From assembly GCF_009914755.1 (NCBI RefSeq), contig NC_060925.1: a stretch of 64,000 nt of DNA. One strand, given 5' to 3'. This DNA comes from the human T2T-CHM13v2.0 reference genome, Homo sapiens. A model generated the notes under the pieces. The model was given only the letters and a program-made list of their open reading frames with translations, did not search any database and was not told where the DNA came from. Below, piece after piece: positions 11,666 to 27,496 of this stretch. Position 1 is the first letter of the stretch. The number at the start of each line of letters is the position of its first letter. A program made the position numbers and the translations under genes.

Positions 11666-12744
11666 TTCATGAAAGAGCTCCAATAATTAAATGTAATTAT
11701 TGGAGATATGATGTAACTTTCATTGAATGCCTGCTCTGTGTTTGGAGGCATAGTTAATATCAGTTATTTTAATGAAACAGTGAGATATGTATTATTATAA
11801 CCAATTATCAGTTTAGAAAACAAATGTGCAAAAAACGTCAGCAATTCTGGAAAGACTGCACTAATAGCTACATTTCAGCTCCAAGATTCAACTCCAGTCT
11901 TTCTGCCTTCATCCCACTCTGAGCCACATTCCAGCTCAGTCCCAGATTACATCTAAACCCAGAAAGCGCTGACTGAATTTACTACATTTTAACTAGACTC
12001 TGCATGGCCCCTGGCTGAAACATGTAATTTTGTCTTTGTTTAGAAATTGGCCCAGTAAACCTAAGTTCTAGTCACATACGTATTTAGCAGTTGTAGCTTC
12101 TAAATTGATCTAATTCATAAGATTTGTCTTCAAAAATAATGTTCAAAAGTCACCAAAGGTAACTTTAAAATTAGTTTCAAAATGAGTTTTGTCTTCTCTT
12201 GATGATTTCATGTTTAAACATTATATGACAGATACTTCTCATCAAAAAAAATATATTTCCATATTGAACAATACACTGAAGCTAACAGTCTAGGAAATCC
12301 TGATGCCCACTTGGAAGTGAGTACACTGAAAGCAGGTGAAGGGCAAAAAGTCATTGTGAAACCAGTTTTTAAAATTCTCATAGTTTATTTCTAAGCACTA
12401 GTTTTGAGAATAGAGTCTGTAAATTCGAAGGTCAATTGGGAAGCTATTACTGTCAAACGTACAGGTGACCAAAACCTATGTTTAGGAGACAGAGTTTTGA
12501 AGAAAGACAGTGAAGACTTTGGCGGCTTCATTCTAGGAATTCCCTTATAAATAGAAATGTTCTCTCTCCATCCTCATGTGTCCTACCCTCGCGTTCACCA
12601 ACGCCGAATGTTGTTTCCCGCATAAACCCAAAGCTACTGCATGTATCCACTGTCGCTAAGGGCATTTAGACTATAAAATGGGTCTACAAAGTAAACGGTG
12701 CATACATTGGCTTTACCTCATTGATGGCAGAAGGGGCTTCCAAG

Positions 12745-12900
12745 CAGTGCTTCTCAAGCTCTAATGGGCACATGAATCACCTAAGGGTATTGCCAAAATG
12801 CAAATTTTGATTAATGCACCCTTGACATGCAGCCTATGGTTTTTCATTTCATATGTTTCCAAATGTCACTGGCCAGGACCATACACTGAGAAGCAAGGAT
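12745..12900. mobile_element. MER5A-like hAT MITE
   Basis: 'cagtgcttctcaa...catgaatcacct...aaaatgca' through 'gaccatacactgagaagca', with terminal inverted 'gcttctca/tgagaagc'. Confidence 0.7.
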
Positions 12901-12960
12901 CTAGCATCTTTCTCATTTTATAAAAAGGTAATAAATCTGCAGCTTTGCTTGACTGGGTAA

Positions 12961-13499
12961 TGAAGAAGTACAGAGTATGCCACCATAAAATGTGCTCCTC
13001 TGGCACTGGATTATTTTGAACTGAAGACAATTGTGAAAGACAAAAAATAGAGAGACACAAGAAAAACTCTCTGGCCGCCCCCTTTCTACCAGGAAGGATT
13101 GGATGATTTTTAATCACCAAAGACAACTCTAGGGTCTTATCATCCTAGAGAAGGCAACAGAGGAATATACTCAACAGACCTTGCTTAAATAACCCTTATA
13201 TTCCACTAATCTCCCCATATATCTACCTTCCCACAATTCATACCCCTGAGAACCCCTTCCTTTGTCTTGTCGCTTCTCTACAAATTTATTGTATTTTTGT
13301 TAAAATACTATATAAGACCAAGTTCTAACCAATTCTTTGAATTACTCATCCCTGAATTCTCCCGTGTGTATGTGCAACGCACTTGTCAATAAACTTCTGT
13401 TTTTTTGTTGCTTATATGTCTTTGGTGAGTCTAAATTGCAGGATTCCACCCACTGAACCTAAGATGGGAAGAAGGAAAATATTTTTTTCCTCCTTTACA
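12961..13499 (+). mobile_element. Solo ERV1 LTR (MER34-like)
   Basis: TG...CA ends; 'agtatgccaccataaaatg...ggattattttgaactgaag', TATA-like 'tatataag', AATAAA, terminal 'gaacctaagatggg...tcctcctttaca'. Confidence 0.7.
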
Positions 13500-14747
13500 C
13501 TGGTAAAGGAGCCTAGATTATGAATTCATTACCCTAATACAGAAAAAAATGCCCTAGATACTGATGGGTGACATAGAATAAGAAACACAAAGAAAGGGTG
13601 TTCTTTAACAATAAATACTAAATAATATATTTGCAGATTTCTTAAAGCTAATATATTCCAACATATGTGTCATTCACGGCCAACCAGTACATGTAATAAC
13701 TATTTTTGAATTCAAGTGCCAATGTCAACTGTTAATGTCTTTTGGTATAATCCATTTTTTTTTCTTTAAAGGTCATCAGGGAGCATTGTTAAGAACAGCA
13801 AAAAGTAGCTAACATAGTGAATGGTGAATTGCCAGTCACTAGACTGTTAGCTAATGTGATCTTTGTAAATCCTGTTAGCTTGCTTTTATCCTACTTGTTT
13901 CACAAATGAGAAAACCAAAACACAAAGAAGCTGAAGAAGTTATTCAAAGTGGAGCCATGACTGTCAATCCAAGACGTCTGATTCTGGAGCCAAAGCACTT
14001 TGAACTTGAGGCTTTCAGATATTTTTTATAGGTTCCTACGGCATCTGATTGGCAGATTTTAAAAATATTTTAATTTATGTTCCAATAGAAATCGCTGGGC
14101 AAAGCTATTTTGAAAAGCTAGTATGAAATAATTCTATCTTAATTCTTAACTTCTATGAGTAATGTGAATAAGGCAATTATACTCATAATTTTCTATATTC
14201 AAAATTCAAAAATCATTTTGATAACTAAAAATTATAAAATAAATATCCAGAACCATATTATGAAATGACATTTTTGTATTTTACTTTTACTTATGCTGCT
14301 GAATTTGTCAGATGCCATGACCTAATATTTACGTGAAGCACATGATGATCAACCCCACATGTGAAAACCTGTATATATTGCTCTAGACTCGAGTGTTTCT
14401 CGTTTTACTTCTAAGACAGCCTAAATGGAAATCTGTGGATGTGACTTAACAAGAGCTTAAAATAAAAATCAGAGAAAAATATAGTTTGATTTATTAGGTT
14501 GAAGTAAATTACCTTTTAATTTTTCAGATTAACTAACAGATTAATCTTTCTTATATAAGTCGATTGAATTTTTAATAATTTTTTTGTTTGAGTATAAGTA
14601 ATTTTAATTTCTTACATCTGAAAAATAATTTTAAATACATAATATGACAGTTATTTTTTCATAGAAACATGCACTATCTTATTTAAAAACACCTACATTA
14701 AAATTGTTTCTTACTCTCAGGAGGTTTTCAGTATTGATTGAATACTA

Positions 14748-15095
<348 letters not shown>

Positions 15096-15150
15096 TTACC
15101 CATTGATGAAACACTGGACAGAACTTGTCGAATGCATAATCACCCTTTTC

Positions 15151-15160
15151 ACTTACCCAG
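15151..15160 (-). promoter_or_regulatory. Candidate 5' splice donor of an OR6F1 non-coding upstream exon
   Basis: Minus strand TGG|GTAAGT (perfect intronic hexamer) in non-repeat DNA 3.6 kb upstream of the ATG. Confidence 0.35.
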
Positions 15161-16683
15161 TTGAAATTCTTTCTGCCATAAACTCCAAAAGCTTTGTCTC
15201 TTGACCTTACTTTTACTCATTTTTTATTCCATGATTTTCTTTATTTAAAAATAATATATTTTGATTGCAATTATTCCCTCTATATCTCTGTTTTTCTTTG
15301 ATTATCTTGCTGTTTAATAGTGTGCTTCCTTCGGTTGACATCCATTACTCCTTTATTAACTCAAACTTTCATAATCTTTGAAATTAGAGCTCAGTCTTTT
15401 TCTGTTTCCTTTTGTTCTTATGCTCTGACCCCATTCTGTCCTAGTTCCATTCCACTTCCCTTTTGTTGTTTTATATTTTCTCCATCTCTCTTCATCATAA
15501 TTGGCACGACTCTGGAAACCACTTGTTTTTAAGTAATTGCTTATGTACGGATGAATCTTCTGGGAGATGAAGTCTCTCTCAGGTATCTAGGGCTAGTTCA
15601 AAAAGACATGATGCCCTTGCACTAAATCTTTCCAAATGGATGACTTCAGAATGTTTTCAGTTATTTAATTTAAACAACTAAATTGTAAAGTTATTGGAAC
15701 AGGAAAAGGATATCTCTTTGGGCTTTATATATGCTAATCTAAGTATTTTGTCTTGCGGAGAGTTTTTAGCAAATACAGCCATTTAATAAGTTCAACAAGT
15801 TTGTGAAAAACTCTTTAAAACAGATCAAACAGAATAAAATTGGACAAATGACCTTAACTAAAAATATAATTAAGTACTATGAAGCATGATATAACTAGAA
15901 ATTTAAAATTATCTCTGAATTAAAAAAAAAATCTGCCTGGCTGTTCATCAGACTAAAATAGCAAGGGAAGAAAAAGCCAGTTATAAATATATCAGAAGAC
16001 AATTTTACCCAAGGACATGTTGGAGTTGTAAATTGTCATAATGATTCTCTTCTTTGAGTGATAACTGTTTTCTCACTGAGAAAATTTCTTATTTAAAAAT
16101 CTTTCACATCAGAAATTTGTTGTTTTCAATCATATGGATAAGAAAAAAATATGGCACCCTTTCTAGGAGTACCTAATTCACGCTGACAGAGACATACAAC
16201 CTCACATTCTATTCGAGGAGCAGAGCTTCAGATAAAAAGTTTCTGAACACAAAATTTCTCATGTATCTTAATTTTGTAGTTTCCAAGGAAAAAGAACATT
16301 TGTGTCCAGATCTGATGTTGACCTTCCATAAGGAGCTTTCTTTGCTTTCCGCCTATTAAATCACTTCTTTTAAATTTCACCTCAACTTCACCCTTCCCCA
16401 AATTTAAAATAATTGTCTTTTACATTGTTTAATGAGACGCCCTGTGATCCTTGTGATTTGCAGCCCCCTTTACGTCCATGGGTCAATAAAGCTGACTGCT
16501 GGACTATAAGGATGCCTCTAGAAGACTTAGGCTGATTGAGCTCAGGTAAAACTAGAAGAGTGAAAACACATGCCGTGATCCTTCTACAGAAATATTTCCT
16601 AAATTCTAGAAAATTCACTTGCAAACTTATAATTGTTCTACACAATTAAATTTTAGTTAAAGGTATATTATCATCTATGTGCT

Positions 16684-17210
16684 TGTAGGGTAGGGAAAAT
16701 GGCTTTCCTTCACCCTTCTAAGTTCTTTGACAGGGCTACAAATTAAATTGCCACAAGACAGACTAACAGGAGAAAAATTACATTCAATAATGTTCATATA
16801 CACAGGAGTCCCACAAAATATGAGATTCAAAGAAGGGCCACATGATTGAGGCTTATATAACACCCTTAGCTGTAGATAAGATTAAGGGGTAGGGATCTCT
16901 GGAGCATAGCGTTGACAGGTTATGGGAGCATGAGGGGGAAAAATGTATTGTGCATACACATTGTCTTGTTATGCAGATAAAAAGTATATCAGATAATGAA
17001 AGTTGCCCTAGAGCAGCCTTCTTCCTGATACAGATACATTTTCTATTGTAGATTTTCTCTAGAGATGTAGTTTTTTAAAAAATAAAAAAGTAGCCATGTC
17101 TGCAGTTTCTCAAAGTAACCTGCTGGAAATTTGCCCAAGAAGTATACTTTGAGGTGACGTATTCTGATCTCTTACAGTCATATTTTGGAGTTGTATCCTA
17201 AGCCCCAACA
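16684..17210 (-). mobile_element. Solo ERV1 LTR (MER34A-like)
   Basis: On minus it begins 'tgttggggcttagg...ccaaaatatgactgtaagagatcagaatacgtcacc' and ends 'ttttccctaccctaca'. Confidence 0.7.
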
Positions 17211-17446
17211 CGTTGATAAGCATTTTTTTTTAAGTTATTGAGAAATAAATCACTATGCAAAACAACTTAAGAAATAGAAAAGAAACAATAGAATTTCTCT
17301 CCTTTGCTGTTTATATTTAATATTTTTAGTTTGTTTGTTCGTGTGAAACAATCTGAAAATATATTCTACAGTAACACCAGTAATGCTTATGTTTGGGCTC
17401 AGAAAATGATACCTCAAAGTATGACACTTTGGCATGCTGAGTACTT

Positions 17447-17965
17447 TGGAAAAACTGGATAGCTATATACAGAAGAATGAAATTGGACCCTGTCTCACAC
17501 AATATGCAACAATCAATGCAAAATGAATTAAAATTCCATGACTTTGGTCTGAGCAATGATTTCTTGGATAAGACCCCCAAAACACTGGCAACAAAAGCAT
17601 TAGACAAATGGGATTGCATCAAACTAAAAGGCTTCTGCATAGCAAAGGAAATAGTTAACAAGAGACAAACTGAATTAGGAGAAAACTTTTGCAAACCATA
17701 TGTCTGATACAGAGTTAATATCTGAAATAAATAAGACACTAAACTCAATAGCAAGAAAACAAATAATCTAATTTAAAAATGGGCAAAGGACCTGAACAGT
17801 TATTTCTTAAAAGAAGGTATATAGTCAACAAATATATGAAAAAGTGCACAGCATCCCTAAAGATCAGGGAAATGCAAATTAAAACCACAGTGAGACATCA
17901 CCTCACACCTGTTAGAGTGGCTATCATAAAAAAGATAAAAGTTAAGTGTCAGTGAGGATGTGAAC
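17447..17965 (+). mobile_element. L1M ORF2 3' fragment, preceded by a short MER39-like LTR start (17389-17446)
   Basis: ORF 17477-17707 has DKWDCIKLKGFCIAKE; also 'gaaatgcaaattaaaaccacagtgagacatcacctcacacc'. Confidence 0.75.
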
Positions 17966-19174
17966 TTCAGTATATTTAGGTTTGTAATTCATCTGAATTT
18001 TATTTTTTGTATGTGTAGTGTAAGGTGGATTTTAAAAATATTTAATTCTATTTTTTTCTACATTATTTTCCTTTCTAGTCATTCCTTTTCCAGTAATGTA
18101 TGATTTATCCTCTGTCATATTCTGGTCACCATTCATGAATGGATTGAGTTTTCTTCCTTTGGTCCATTTTCTATCTCTAAACAACCATAATCTTTCAATT
18201 ACTGTAATATTATAGACATGTTTATATCTGAAAAGCCATTACTCTACTTCTTACTTTTTCATCTTAAAAATTGTTTTAATTTTCATGGCTGTTAAGTTGT
18301 GTATATGAATGTTTTAAAAACTTAAGTTCCATTTTGAACTACTTTAAGACTTCAAATGAAAAGTTTATTGGTTACTTATGGAGAATCAACACCTTTATTG
18401 AATCTTCTCATCCCTGTACACAGTATATAATCCAACTACTTTCATTTTGTTCATACTCTTAGGTAACTTAAAAAATTATATTCTCCAAAAGTTATTTTTC
18501 CCCATTGATGAGTTATTCTCAGATACCATATACTTTTCAATGTTCTTGTGAATATGTAATCCATCTTTAGTTTCTTTTACTGTAGGACTCTCCTTGGTCA
18601 TTTTGCCCCCAAATTTGACTTTTTGAGCAGTCTCATCAGTCTCTTACAGGATGTCTCATATTATTTGTTTGTTCAGTTGTTTCTCATGTGGTATTATTAA
18701 ATTTGTATCTTCTGTTTTTCTGAAAACTGGAAGTTAGTTCTGAGGCTTGATTAAACTCCAGGTTAAATATTTTAAGAGAATATTTCAAGGATGATGTAGT
18801 CTACATATTGTAACATATCAGGAGGCACATAAGTTATTTTACTATTATTGTTACCAGTTTGATCAATTAGATTATGGAGGCTACCATCATTCTCTTTATT
18901 GTAAATATGGAATAGATAGTTTGAGGTTAAAAGCTTGTCATTATGAAGATATCTCATTTTCTTGCAACTCTTTTTCTAGTGGTTTCATCATCCATGGCTG
19001 ATTCTTGCCTGAATCAATTCCAATATAGATGATTAATATTATGAATTTTTAAATTCTATTATTTCTTAAATATTTACTAGCTGTCAATCTTCTAAAAAAT
19101 GGTTTTTTATCAATTTTTCCCTGGTAATTAAAACATATTATAGAAAAATAAGGCACTGATATAATTTGGACAGC

Positions 19175-20440
19175 TGTCATTAAGATGGCTAACTAGAAAT
19201 GCCCAGCACTCACCTACTCCACAAAGAAGGACTGAGATAGCAAGTAAATAGCCAAATGTTGACGGCACTGTCTAGGAGAGAATGCTGGTATCCAGCAGGG
19301 AAGCAAAAGGAACCTTCTGAGGTATGGAAATTCAAAATGGCAGCATAGAGAAGGAAGTAAGGCAGCCAGTTGGATGGGCTAGGAGCCAGGAAGTACTTCC
19401 CTTCTCATATGGAAAAAAGGTAAATGAGAGATCCATGTAAGTACACATGTAGGCACCTGCACACACTGTCCAGAGGCTGAAGAGTGGTGTGTCCAGCCTA
19501 CTGGAACCCACACACCCCACCCAGGAGCCTGAGGGCCAGCCTGTCCAGCCTGCTGTTTCTACAGCCAGCATCCTTGTTACACACTCAAAGGTCTAAAGAC
19601 TGGCCTACTGAGGGTTTGCTGCCACTACAGCTAGCACTTGCACACACCACCAAAAGGCCTAAGCACCAGTCAACCTTGTGTCCTCATCTTCAGCAAAGGC
19701 TAGCCAAAGCATCTGCAAACAACTGCAACCTAAGCCACTAAGGAACGCACAGAAACTACTGACATTGATAACAGTAAAAGAAATCATACAGTGGCTACAG
19801 TATGGTGCATATCCAGAACCAAAGCCAAAGCAATCTGCCCAACCAAAATTGAAGCCACATATATAGTAAGAAAAAGTATTTCTTTACAGAAGCTACTCCA
19901 TAAACCTGGAAGAAGTGACTGTTAAATGCGATGCACAGATATCAACATAGGGATGAAAGAAATACAAAACAGCAAGGAAATATGACACCTACAAAGGAAG
20001 ACAATAATTCCCCAGTAAAAGACCCCAAAGAAAAGGCATATAAAATGCCTGAAGAAAAATTATTCTCTGAAAGAACCCGAGTGAGATACAAAAGAACACA
20101 GATAAATAATACAAAGAAATAAGAAAAAAAATCATGATCCGAATCAGAAATTCGACAAGAAATAGATACCGTAAAAAAGAACAAATAGAAATCCTGGAAC
20201 TAAAGAATTTAATGAATGGAATAAAAATGTAATTGAGAGCTTCAACAAAATACTAGATGAAGTAGAAGAAAAAAATTTTGAACTTGAAGACAACTCTGTT
20301 GAAATAATTCAGGCAGACAAAGAAAAACACAAATACTCCAATTTGATTATTATACATTATATGCCTGAATCAATATATCATATGTACCCTATAAATATAT
20401 ACAATTATTGTGTATCAATAAAACTAATAAAGTATAAGAA
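19175..20440 (+). mobile_element. Old L1 5' UTR plus ORF1 start, joined to an L1MA-type terminal fragment
   Basis: 'aagatggctaactaga' 5' end; ORF1-like QGNMTPTKEDNNSPVKDPKEK; from ~20335 a 3' terminus 'ttgattattatacattatatg...tatgtaccctataaatatatacaattat'. Confidence 0.65.
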
Positions 20441-21924
20441 AAAGAGGACTATAATTATAAAATATCAGATGCTACTAAAAAAACAAAAGGGAGGACACTG
20501 AAAAATCTCAACAGATTTTCCACAATGCACGTAATTTCTTAAATATTTAAACCAAAAATATTTCACCAATATAATTTAACTGAGGGTAGGGTAACAGTCT
20601 TTTCTCTTTTACAACTCTGCCTACTCAACTCTGACAATAGGTAGATGTACATGTCAACATAATTGATTCATGTTTAGCATACATTTTTTTCTTTAAAGGG
20701 AAAGAACAAATAATTGTGTGATTTTCCCTCTGGTAGAACTTAAAGGAAATTTTATGTGTAAGATATATCATGAAAGTTTAATTTAACCTTATTTATATTT
20801 TTAGCATCTTATTTTGGTATGGTAAAAATCAACATAGCTGTCAGAGGATATTTGGGACATGATTAAATAAGATAACATGTGACTCAGAATTATTACCTGG
20901 CCATCTAGTTAATTCAATGGTTAATAAAACATTAGTAACATGATTGAAAAAAGAGCATAATAATTGAGAACAATCTTAGGAATATTTGTATTTTTTCTTA
21001 GATAAATAAGAACATAACAAAGTCAATATAAAACCCAGAAAGTTATTGTAATAAGACACAGAATCTCTAGGGGGGTTATATAGAAGGTAAAGAAAAAGGT
21101 TTCACATTGTAGACACTCGTGGTTAAACCAAAGGAAGTCTATCACAACTGAATGACTTGGGAAATCATTTTAACACATTTCCAAGCTTCTCTTCAGAATC
21201 AGATTTAAAACATTATTCTTTATACAGGGAGAGGTGAAGGCCTTTCTGAACTATAGACATGCAGACACATAGAAACACACAGTTCTCAGACCTTCAGAAC
21301 TCTGCCTGGTCTGTTTCTGGAAATACTATTTACTGGGTGACCACCACTTGCCTAGGAGACCTTGGCTCAGACATGTCTTCTCACCTCTGCTTTAGGTGTC
21401 CTGCAGATTGTTTACAGATCTGGGCACACCTCTAAAATGGCCTTAGCTCACTGTGTTATTTTTGCCTAGTATTGTTCTTGCTCAGCTCTAGCTAGATTCT
21501 CAGGGGAGTCATGTGAATTTTATCTGGGTAGTATAATGCAAATGCATTATACTGCACTCATTGAATCACCTCAGCATTTTTAATTTGTTCTCAGTGAATA
21601 AAATAGAGAAAATGGGTTATTAAGAGACCAAAGATGAAAGCATCATGTTAAACAGAACCAATTCTTTCAGAAAGTTATAATACAAAGGCAGAAATGCTTT
21701 GTCATAGAAGAATACCAAATGATTACTATAACACTATGTATTATCCTGATGTAATGCAATTAAGTGACTTAGAAATAGTCAGTTAGGCTCTTGAGTATTT
21801 ATTTCTTCAGGGAAAAAATAATTTGAGTATATTGCTTTCTTTTCTCAGGTCTTTCCAAAGTTACAAATAAGGAAAGTTTCTTGTGATCTGTAAGGCACTG
21901 TATCACTGACAGAACTTGAAAGTG

Positions 21925-22869
21925 TTAAATGAAGTAAGCCTCCTGACCATATGTTTTCTGCAGCAACCTTATCAGAGCACATTTCATGTCATTGTTCCGC
22001 AGGCTGTAGGTTACAGGGTTAAATACTGGAGGCATCACAGTGTAGATCACAGAAAGCAGCCTGTCAATAACAGATGGTGAATTTGAAGGTGGCTTAAGAT
22101 AAACAAAATAAGCAGTTATGATAAAAACAGTGAAAACAGTGAGATGGGGGAAGCATGTGGAAAAAGCTTTGGACTGACCTTTAGTGGTAGGGATCTTCAG
22201 TACAGTGGAGAAGATATAAATGTAAGAGATCACAATACAGATGAAACAAGAAATGCTTAAACATGCACCAACTCCAATACCTGCATAAATTACCATTAGT
22301 GTTTCAGAACAGGAAATCCTTAGTAATGAAGGAACATCACAGAAAAACTGTGGAATCACACTGGAGCCACAGAAAGGCATGGAAAATGTGCCAGCTGTGT
22401 ACGCAGTACCAAAGAGCCCTCCAATGGCCCAGGAAACACTTGCCATTAACACACAGACTCCAGTATTCATGATTACCTCGTAGTTCAGGGGACAGCAGAT
22501 GGCTACATAGCGGTCATAGGACATGGCAGTGAGGATAAATATCTCTCCTGCTGAGAAGGAAGTCATTAAAAGTAGCTGGAAGGCACATCCTAGAATGGAA
22601 ATGGAATTGTTGTGGGTTAGGTTGTTGACAATGAATTTTGGGATTGGAACAGACACCAGGAAGACATCCAAAAAGGATAAGTTCTTCAGGAAGAAGTACA
22701 TGGGTGTTTGGAGCTTTACGTCCAGGGTAATGAGAGTAATGATGAGAAGGTTACTCATTAGGGCTGCCAGGTAAATCAGTAGGAAGAGCACACCATATAA
22801 AATCCGCAGCTTCTGGATATTAGAAAACCCCATAAGAAGAAATCCTGTCACCAAGGTGACATTGGCCAT
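21925..22869 (-). CDS. OR14A2: Olfactory receptor family 14, 314 aa
   Basis: MANVT N-terminus; LQTPMYFFLKNLS, MSYDRYVAIC, QFFCD, KAFSTC.PH, FNPVTYSLRN motifs; uninterrupted ORF. Confidence 0.94.
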   Translation of the reverse strand: MANVTLVTGFLLMGFSNIQKLRILYGVLFLLIYLAALMSNLLIITLITLDVKLQTPMYFFLKNLSFLDVFLVSVPIPKFIVNNLTHNNSISILGCAFQLLLMTSFSAGEIFILTAMSYDRYVAICCPLNYEVIMNTGVCVLMASVSWAIGGLFGTAYTAGTFSMPFCGSSVIPQFFCDVPSLLRISCSETLMVIYAGIGVGACLSISCFICIVISYIYIFSTVLKIPTTKGQSKAFSTCFPHLTVFTVFIITAYFVYLKPPSNSPSVIDRLLSVIYTVMPPVFNPVTYSLRNNDMKCALIRLLQKTYGQEAYFI

Positions 22870-22887
22870 ACTAGATTCTCTTCAGTG

Positions 22888-22947
22888 CCTGTCAAGGTGA
22901 GAAAATATGCAAAAAAAGAATAAAGGAGAAAAAAATTAAAAAATTAG
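22888..22947 (-). promoter_or_regulatory. OR14A2 splice acceptor with branch point
   Basis: Minus: CTAAT (22947-22943), long polypyrimidine tract, then 'ccttgacAG|gcactgaagagaatctagtATG'. Confidence 0.7.
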
Positions 22948-24314
22948 TCTATACAGACTAGCAAGAGTCATATTGATATACAAAAATATTCAGTGGAAAG
23001 GAGTCATGTACCTACCTAAAATGGCTCTCCATTTACTTAAAACTTCATTGTTCATTTTTTAAGATAAACTCCATGAGTAATGTGTAAATTCCATTAGACT
23101 TTATGAGTTTTACCTAATCCTATAGCCTCAAACTTAATTTGTTACAAGACACATGTAACTTGACTAAACACAGAAGCTTTTCCAACCCACTGAGAATTTG
23201 CATCAAATTATTATTATGCCATGCTTCATGATGAATCCTTTGCTTTCAGAAAAGCAATCCAAAGGCCCATGTCTTTAGATTGTGTTAGTATCCCTAATAT
23301 CCTATACAGGTGCAAAATATCAATTATCATGTGATGTTGTAAACATGAAGTCACACTTACAGATGTATTGAATAATCTAACACAGGTAAATAACCTTCTC
23401 TATTCTAATGATAGTAAGCAAGGGAAAATAAACAAGGATTTGTTGTTCAATGTTTGTATTATCTTGAGGTCATGCAATTCTAACATAATGAATATCTCAC
23501 TTAGTGTAGAAATAAAAAATGAATTATTTAGCAAAATTTCATGTTCTTTGAATGTGCATATGTGTACTAAAGCCACATCATTATAAGGGTGGTTGATTTG
23601 TTTATAAAGGAATTTTGACAGGGCACCATGATAAAATGGCTTTCCCATCCTAACTGAATAATTTTTCTTGATCATGGTCAGTTGTCGGTAATTTACTTTG
23701 TAAAACTATCAAATATCTTCTTTCAGTGTTTAAAATATTTCCCTCAATTATTAGTTACTGATGTAGAGTTATTTATTCTTTATTGAAAAGATCAAAAAAA
23801 TGTTCCATATATATCAGACATCAAACTAGATGGTAGAGATTTAAAAAATAAACAACTTTGTTTTTTCCTAGGAGCTTTGTGTTGATGGGAGGAGGCAGAA
23901 AAAGAACAAATAAATTAGTAAACAAGATAAACTCAGATTGGGGGAGGCATTAAGATAATACAAAGGTGTTATTTTAGAGATTAACCAGATGAAAGGGCTT
24001 TCTATGTGGGTGACCTGAGGGCTGACAACAAAATGAAGAGAAGAAATACAGGACAAAGATCTGTAGAGAAGATGCTTTAGGAAAAGAAGCTTAAAAAATA
24101 AAGTAAAGGTTACGGACATTTGGATCACATGTGGAGAAGCAGTATATAGTGAACTTGGAAAATGTGGTAGAGTGATTAAATAATTCTGAAGACATTTATT
24201 AGCTTACTTCAATGGTCAGTCTGGAGAAATACACAAGGAAGGACAAAAGGGAGGAGGAAGATAATTAATTGTTTTTTTGTCTGCCCTAAATTTCCTTAAT
24301 ATCTACAAGATTTT

Positions 24315-27496
<3,182 letters not shown>

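Noticed and set aside
11582-11683. 34-aa N-terminal extension of OR6F1 in the ORF track
   Set aside because: It starts at TTG and crosses a polypyrimidine tract and acceptor. The ATG at 11581 gives a normal-length OR with the N-glycosylation site in the usual place.
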